DNA of 64,000 bases from Coraliomargaritaceae bacterium (GTDB lineage: Bacteria; Verrucomicrobiota; Verrucomicrobiia; Opitutales; Coraliomargaritaceae). Below the pieces are notes generated by a model, which searched no databases, was not told where the DNA came from, and saw nothing but the letters and a program-made list of their open reading frames with translations. Each line of letters opens with the position of its first letter. Position 1 is the stretch's first letter. Both the position numbers and the translations under genes were made by a program. The DNA lies in the NCBI GenBank assembly GCA_049890275.1, contig JBMHBT010000013.1:7022-71021 (forward strand), read 5' to 3'. Shown piece by piece: positions 59,588 to 64,000 of the stretch.

Positions 59588-61138
59588 ATGTTTGCGCTCG
59601 GTTTAGACGCCTCGACCCAAAGCTGCTCGGCCACAGTCATTGATACGGCGACTGGTACGGTTGTTTTGGAGCATTCGGTTAACTTTGGCGAACGTCTTGC
59701 GCAATATGCTGCGCCAAACGGGTTTATTCCCGATCAACCGGATGGACAGGTGCACGCTGACCCGCGAATGTGGCTGGACGCTCTCGATTTATTGTTGGAA
59801 GAATTAGAGGGGCAGTTTGATTTATCCAGAGTCGAGGCAATTTCCGGTGCCGCTCAGCAACATGGTTCGGTCTATCTAAATTCGAGCTGGGCGGAGAAAG
59901 TCGGTTCCCTGCAAGCCGATGAGTCGCTTTCCTCGCAGCTGGACGGTTGTTTTTCCCGGTCGACGGCGCCCATTTGGATGGATCATTCAACCAGCGCGCA
60001 ATGCCGCGAAATTACCGATGCAGTCGGAGGGGATGCAGTGGTTTGTGCCAAGTCGGGTTCCGTGGCGATCGAACGCTTCACCGGCCCTCAAATTCGACGT
60101 TTTTCTCAGCTCGATCCTGCCGGCTACGAGAGAACCGATCGTATTCATCTGGTCAGTTCTTTCCTCAGTTCTATTTTTTGTGGCCGAGAGGCTCCGATCG
60201 ATAGTGGAGATGGTGCAGGAATGAATCTCCTCAATATCAATGATTGGTCGTGGGATGCTGCTCTACTGGAGGCGACTGCTCCTGGATTGGCCGAACGTTT
60301 ACCGGCCTCGAAATCTGGAGAGACGATACTGGGAGAAATTGCCCCTTATTTTGTACAGCGCTATGGTTTTAGCGCAGGTACACCGGTAGCGATCTTTACC
60401 GGCGATAACCCGAGCAGCTTGGTGGGTATGGGCGCTTCGCTTCCCGGAAAGGTCGTTATTTCGCTGGGAACTTCCGATACTTTTTTTGCTGCAATGCCTG
60501 AAGTCGTTTCCGATCCAAAGGGATGCGGTCATGTCTTTGGGAATCCAGTCGGCGGTTCGATGTCTCTTCAGTGTTTCGTCAACGGTTCGCTTGCGCGTGA
60601 GGCGGTAAAGGATCGTTTCGGTTACGATTGGAAAGCGTTTACCGGGGCATTGGAGAACACGATGCCGGGAAATGACGGAAACCGGATGGTGCCCTTCTTT
60701 CGGCCTGAGATCAGCCCCCGTCTGGAGATGGATGCACCGATCCTTCGGGGCAGTCCGGATTTTGAGAACTGGGAGGATGGTCCAGCAGCGGTTCGCGCTT
60801 GTGTGGAGGGGCAGTTCCTCAATATGAAGCTGTGTTCGAAATGGATGCAGTTAGAGCCACAGACAGTTTATCTGACCGGTGGTGCTTCTGGTAATGATGC
60901 GATCGCTCAGATAGCCGCAGATATTTTCCAAGCGCAGGTGCAGCGCCTCTCTGTCAGCGGTTCAGTCGGGCTCGGGGCCGCACTGCGGGCCGCAAATATT
61001 TGTCTTGGAATCAGCCTGAAGGACTTGGAATGGAGCTTCTGCCAGCCGGTAGCGAATAGTACGAAAACACCGGGTGATTCTACTGAGTTGTATGCTGCCG
61101 CTGCTGCCGATTTTGAATCCCTGCTTTGTAAAGCGTAG
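59588..61138 (+). CDS. xylB: Xylulokinase (FGGY carbohydrate kinase family, long form)
   Basis: 516 aa with FGGY N- and C-terminal domains (LGLDASTQSCSATVID; ISLGTSDT; YLTGGASGNDAI), immediately downstream of xylA. Confidence 0.85.
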   Translation: MFALGLDASTQSCSATVIDTATGTVVLEHSVNFGERLAQYAAPNGFIPDQPDGQVHADPRMWLDALDLLLEELEGQFDLSRVEAISGAAQQHGSVYLNSSWAEKVGSLQADESLSSQLDGCFSRSTAPIWMDHSTSAQCREITDAVGGDAVVCAKSGSVAIERFTGPQIRRFSQLDPAGYERTDRIHLVSSFLSSIFCGREAPIDSGDGAGMNLLNINDWSWDAALLEATAPGLAERLPASKSGETILGEIAPYFVQRYGFSAGTPVAIFTGDNPSSLVGMGASLPGKVVISLGTSDTFFAAMPEVVSDPKGCGHVFGNPVGGSMSLQCFVNGSLAREAVKDRFGYDWKAFTGALENTMPGNDGNRMVPFFRPEISPRLEMDAPILRGSPDFENWEDGPAAVRACVEGQFLNMKLCSKWMQLEPQTVYLTGGASGNDAIAQIAADIFQAQVQRLSVSGSVGLGAALRAANICLGISLKDLEWSFCQPVANSTKTPGDSTELYAAAAADFESLLCKA

Positions 61139-61192
61139 CAACATGCAGATATTTCTGCTCGACCGGCCTGCGGTGAGAGCTAACTTCAAAGT

Positions 61193-61978
61193 ATGCCTGC
61201 TACTGTTTTTACGATCGCAAACCAGAAGGGTGGGGTCGGTAAGACAACCACCGCTATCAATCTGAGCTTTGCTCTGGCGGAGAAAAATGTGCGTACCCTG
61301 CTTGTCGATTTAGACCCACAGGCCAATGCAACCAGTGGCTTGGGTTTGGAGAAACTGGAAGGTGGCAGTCTCTACGGTCCGCTGTGCGGAGAGGGAGCTG
61401 CTTTGGATAAGGTGCAGCCAGTCGGAGCGCAAAACAGTCTGTTCATGATTCCTTCCGAGGTAGATATGGCAGCCATTGAGATTGAATTGGTACAGCGGGA
61501 AAACTACCTCGGCCAACTTCGTGAGGTTCTGGCTCCGCTTCGCGCTTCAGATGATTTTGATGCCGTTGTACTGGATTGCCCGCCGGCTTTGGGAATGTTG
61601 TCCATGAATAGCTTGGCAGCGGCCGATTATTTATTGATCGCGTTGCAGTGTGAGTATTTAGCGATGGAAGGACTCGGGCAAATATTGAAGGTTCTGGAGA
61701 AGCTCCGTTCTGCCGGGGTCAATGACGACCTGCAGCTCGGGGGCATTATCATGACAATGTTCGATCCGCGTAATAACCTCTCGCATCAGGTCGTTGGAGA
61801 AGTACGCAACCACTTTGATGAGAGTGTCTTTCGCAGCATGATTCCGCGCTCCATTCGTCTGAGTGAAGCACCCAGTTTTGGGCAGTCCATTTTTGAATAC
61901 GACGGCAACAGCAAGGGAGCGTATGCCTATCGTTATTTGGCCGAGGAGTTGATCGAGCGTTTTTCTCTGGGCTCTTAG
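61193..61978 (+). CDS. parA: ParA/Soj family partitioning ATPase
   Basis: Deviant Walker A motif (ANQKGGVGKTTTAINL), LLVDLDPQANAT, and a length of 261 aa. Confidence 0.9.
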   Translation: MPATVFTIANQKGGVGKTTTAINLSFALAEKNVRTLLVDLDPQANATSGLGLEKLEGGSLYGPLCGEGAALDKVQPVGAQNSLFMIPSEVDMAAIEIELVQRENYLGQLREVLAPLRASDDFDAVVLDCPPALGMLSMNSLAAADYLLIALQCEYLAMEGLGQILKVLEKLRSAGVNDDLQLGGIIMTMFDPRNNLSHQVVGEVRNHFDESVFRSMIPRSIRLSEAPSFGQSIFEYDGNSKGAYAYRYLAEELIERFSLGS

Positions 61979-62027
61979 AACGATAGAATGTATCTTCGGT
62001 TTACGTTGCGAGTATAGTGATTTTTAA

Positions 62028-62951
62028 ATGTCTTCCGCAGAACAACCCACTTATCCGGATTTGGAGGGGTTTTGTGCTTACCTCAGCCTAGAGCGTCGGG
62101 TTTCCCAAAACACGGTGCGCAATTACCGATATGCTGTTACTTGCTTTGCGGCCTGGTTGGTTGATGGGGGCAAGTGGAGCGGTGATTTTTCCACCGTTCG
62201 CTCGGAGCAAGCGCGTGCTTACGTGATTGAACAGAGCCGTCGGCTCAGTCGGCGAACTCTGCACAACCATGTTTCGGGCATACGGGCTTTTTATCGCTTC
62301 CTCCAAAAAAGAGAGGTCTGCACCGCCTGCCCATTGACCGGTTTGAGCCTGCCAAAATTAGAAAAGGCACTCCCTAAGTTCCTCAGCGAGGTGCAGATGC
62401 GTCGTCTCTTGGAGTCTCCGGCGAAGTTGTATCGGGAGGGACAATTGAGTTTATTTGAGGCCTGTCGGGATTGTTTGGTGCTGGAGTTGTTATATGGAGG
62501 TGGCTTGCGAGTGAGCGAACTCTGTAGCCTGCGCTTTGGCGCAATTTGTCTGGAAATGGGGACTGCTCGTGTTCTCGGTAAAGGGGGCAAGGAGCGCATT
62601 TGTCCACTTGGATCGGTGGCTGTCCAATGCCTGAAAGATTTTGCCTCGCAGTTTGACTTACCATGCGGAGAGCTAGACCCGGTCGTTTGCCTGCTCAGTC
62701 GGCGGCCGATGCAGCCGAGGCAGGTTCAGTTGCTTGTAAAGAAGCATTTGGCTGCGGCCGGTCTGCCGACCGATATGACCCCTCATAAAATCCGGCATTC
62801 TTACGCCACGCATCTGCTCGATAATGGTGCTGATTTACGAGCAGTTCAGGAATTGCTTGGCCATGCAAATCTATCCACAACACAAGTGTATACCCATGTC
62901 TGTGTAGCTCGTCTGCAGTCGGCACATAAACAGGCGCATCCGCGGGCTTAG
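62028..62951 (+). CDS. Tyrosine site-specific recombinase XerC/XerD family
   Basis: 307 aa with an N-terminal SAM-like core-binding domain, catalytic residues R...HKIRHSYATHLL...GH...Y (LGHANLSTTQVYTHV), and a GLRVSEL box. Confidence 0.88.
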   Translation: MSSAEQPTYPDLEGFCAYLSLERRVSQNTVRNYRYAVTCFAAWLVDGGKWSGDFSTVRSEQARAYVIEQSRRLSRRTLHNHVSGIRAFYRFLQKREVCTACPLTGLSLPKLEKALPKFLSEVQMRRLLESPAKLYREGQLSLFEACRDCLVLELLYGGGLRVSELCSLRFGAICLEMGTARVLGKGGKERICPLGSVAVQCLKDFASQFDLPCGELDPVVCLLSRRPMQPRQVQLLVKKHLAAAGLPTDMTPHKIRHSYATHLLDNGADLRAVQELLGHANLSTTQVYTHVCVARLQSAHKQAHPRA

Positions 62952-63015
62952 GCGATATTCGAGCAGTCGGTTTTTCTTGAAATAGGCTAAAATATCTGTA
63001 TGAAATTAGGCAATA

Positions 63016-63966
63016 ATGCCTATTTCTGTGTCTAATAAAAGATGGTTTGTGGTTCTGGGTCATCCTTTACCCCGTAAGAAAGTTCTGCGATTGTGTGCAG
63101 GTATTCTTCTGAGTCTGTCTTCCTTGGTTGGTTTGGTTCTTTATCTGTATTGGGATTTTGTTATGAATGACGCAGGAGAGAAGTCGTTGAAGGAACAGCA
63201 TGATCCATCTGTAGAATCTCTATACCGGTGGGGTAATAATCCTTTTGAATTCTTTATGAACGAGCATCTCAGTGAAACCGGCTTTGGTGAAATCAACAGT
63301 TTGCAACTCAACGGTTTCTTATACATCGGTGAAAAGGTCCTTGGTATCACACTGTACTCAAAGCGCCCAAACTTAACTAAAGTGCAACTCAAGTGGCCGG
63401 ATGGTATGGCTTGTAGTGGTTTTGATGGCACTTCTGAATGGTCGTTTGGTTTGGAATCGTTTGTTCAAGAGTTTTCCCTAGAACCAGAAATATTGGATCC
63501 CGTTTTGTCTCAGTTTCTCGCCACACTATTGGCCAGTCAGTGGTCCTACAAAGCCTCAGAAAAGGAGTTTGGTCGAGGAAAGCGTTTTTGGCTATCTTGG
63601 GAGACGAGGATCGAGTGGCAGGGCCGCGAATGCAACCAACTCATGAATCGTAGCTTTGGGAAGGAAGTGATTTATCATTATTTTGATCCCGTGGAAGGTT
63701 TAGAAGTTTCCAGAGAAGCGATGCTTTCCGATGGAGGTGACAGGTTTCGGCACGTCGTACTTTACTTCTCGAAGCCAATGAAGACCGGGTATCCATTACC
63801 CACCGGCTTTGAGTTGTGGACGGATGGTCGCAAGCTGGGTAGGATTGCATTCACTCACTGTGAAGTGAACCGGGGCTTGATGGACTATCTATTTAGTTGC
63901 CCGGAAAAACCAAGAGAAGAAGAGAAATATGCGCCGTTGCGACTTTCAGGAAGTGCCAGCTATTAA
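63016..63966 (+). CDS. Hypothetical membrane-anchored protein
   Basis: 316-aa ORF with one N-terminal hydrophobic segment (LCAGILLSLSSLVGLVLYLY) and coding-like composition. No family recognised. Confidence 0.5.
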   Translation: MPISVSNKRWFVVLGHPLPRKKVLRLCAGILLSLSSLVGLVLYLYWDFVMNDAGEKSLKEQHDPSVESLYRWGNNPFEFFMNEHLSETGFGEINSLQLNGFLYIGEKVLGITLYSKRPNLTKVQLKWPDGMACSGFDGTSEWSFGLESFVQEFSLEPEILDPVLSQFLATLLASQWSYKASEKEFGRGKRFWLSWETRIEWQGRECNQLMNRSFGKEVIYHYFDPVEGLEVSREAMLSDGGDRFRHVVLYFSKPMKTGYPLPTGFELWTDGRKLGRIAFTHCEVNRGLMDYLFSCPEKPREEEKYAPLRLSGSASY

Positions 63967-64000
63967 AACTCGTTTCTTTTCGTATTGTTCCCGGCCGAAT

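Overview
This 64 kb window is a mostly housekeeping chromosomal segment. The gene content and four PEP-CTERM-type proteins suggest a PVC-group (Verrucomicrobia-like) bacterium, but that is an inference I cannot verify here.

Content, left to right:
- The distal part of a complex I operon (nuoG partial, then nuoH through nuoN).
- An LpxH-family phosphoesterase and a spermidine-synthase-like methyltransferase.
- tRNA-Ser(CGA), followed by a duplicated tRNA 3-prime end.
- A 53-aa Pmp3/YqaE gene missing from the ORF track, then aqpZ.
- pyc, an AI-2E family transporter, rdgB, ribD, an MBL-fold hydrolase, a TPR protein and murJ.
- A split pta, then xseB-dxs, a hexapeptide-repeat protein, hflX and a family-4 UDG.
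- An AT-rich islet with a decayed lectin-like pseudogene and a cupredoxin-like PEP-CTERM protein.
- parE, an 1817-aa tandem UvrA-UvrA fusion, and recD2.
- An O-antigen-ligase-like protein, panB-gpsA, a SET-domain protein, a 2OG oxygenase, udk and an SDR.
- Two tandem paralogous PEP-CTERM proteins.
- glmS, glgC, rnr, xylAB, parA, xerC/D and a hypothetical protein.

I saw no CRISPR array, IS element, prophage or recognisable defence system.

The most unusual items are:
- the fused double UvrA sitting just downstream of recD2;
- the PEP-CTERM cupredoxin;
- the uncharacterised PEP-CTERM paralog pair;
- the SET-domain protein with a polylysine tail;
- the tRNA-adjacent repeat and structured element.

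All calls come from reading the translations and the DNA by eye. No searches were run.
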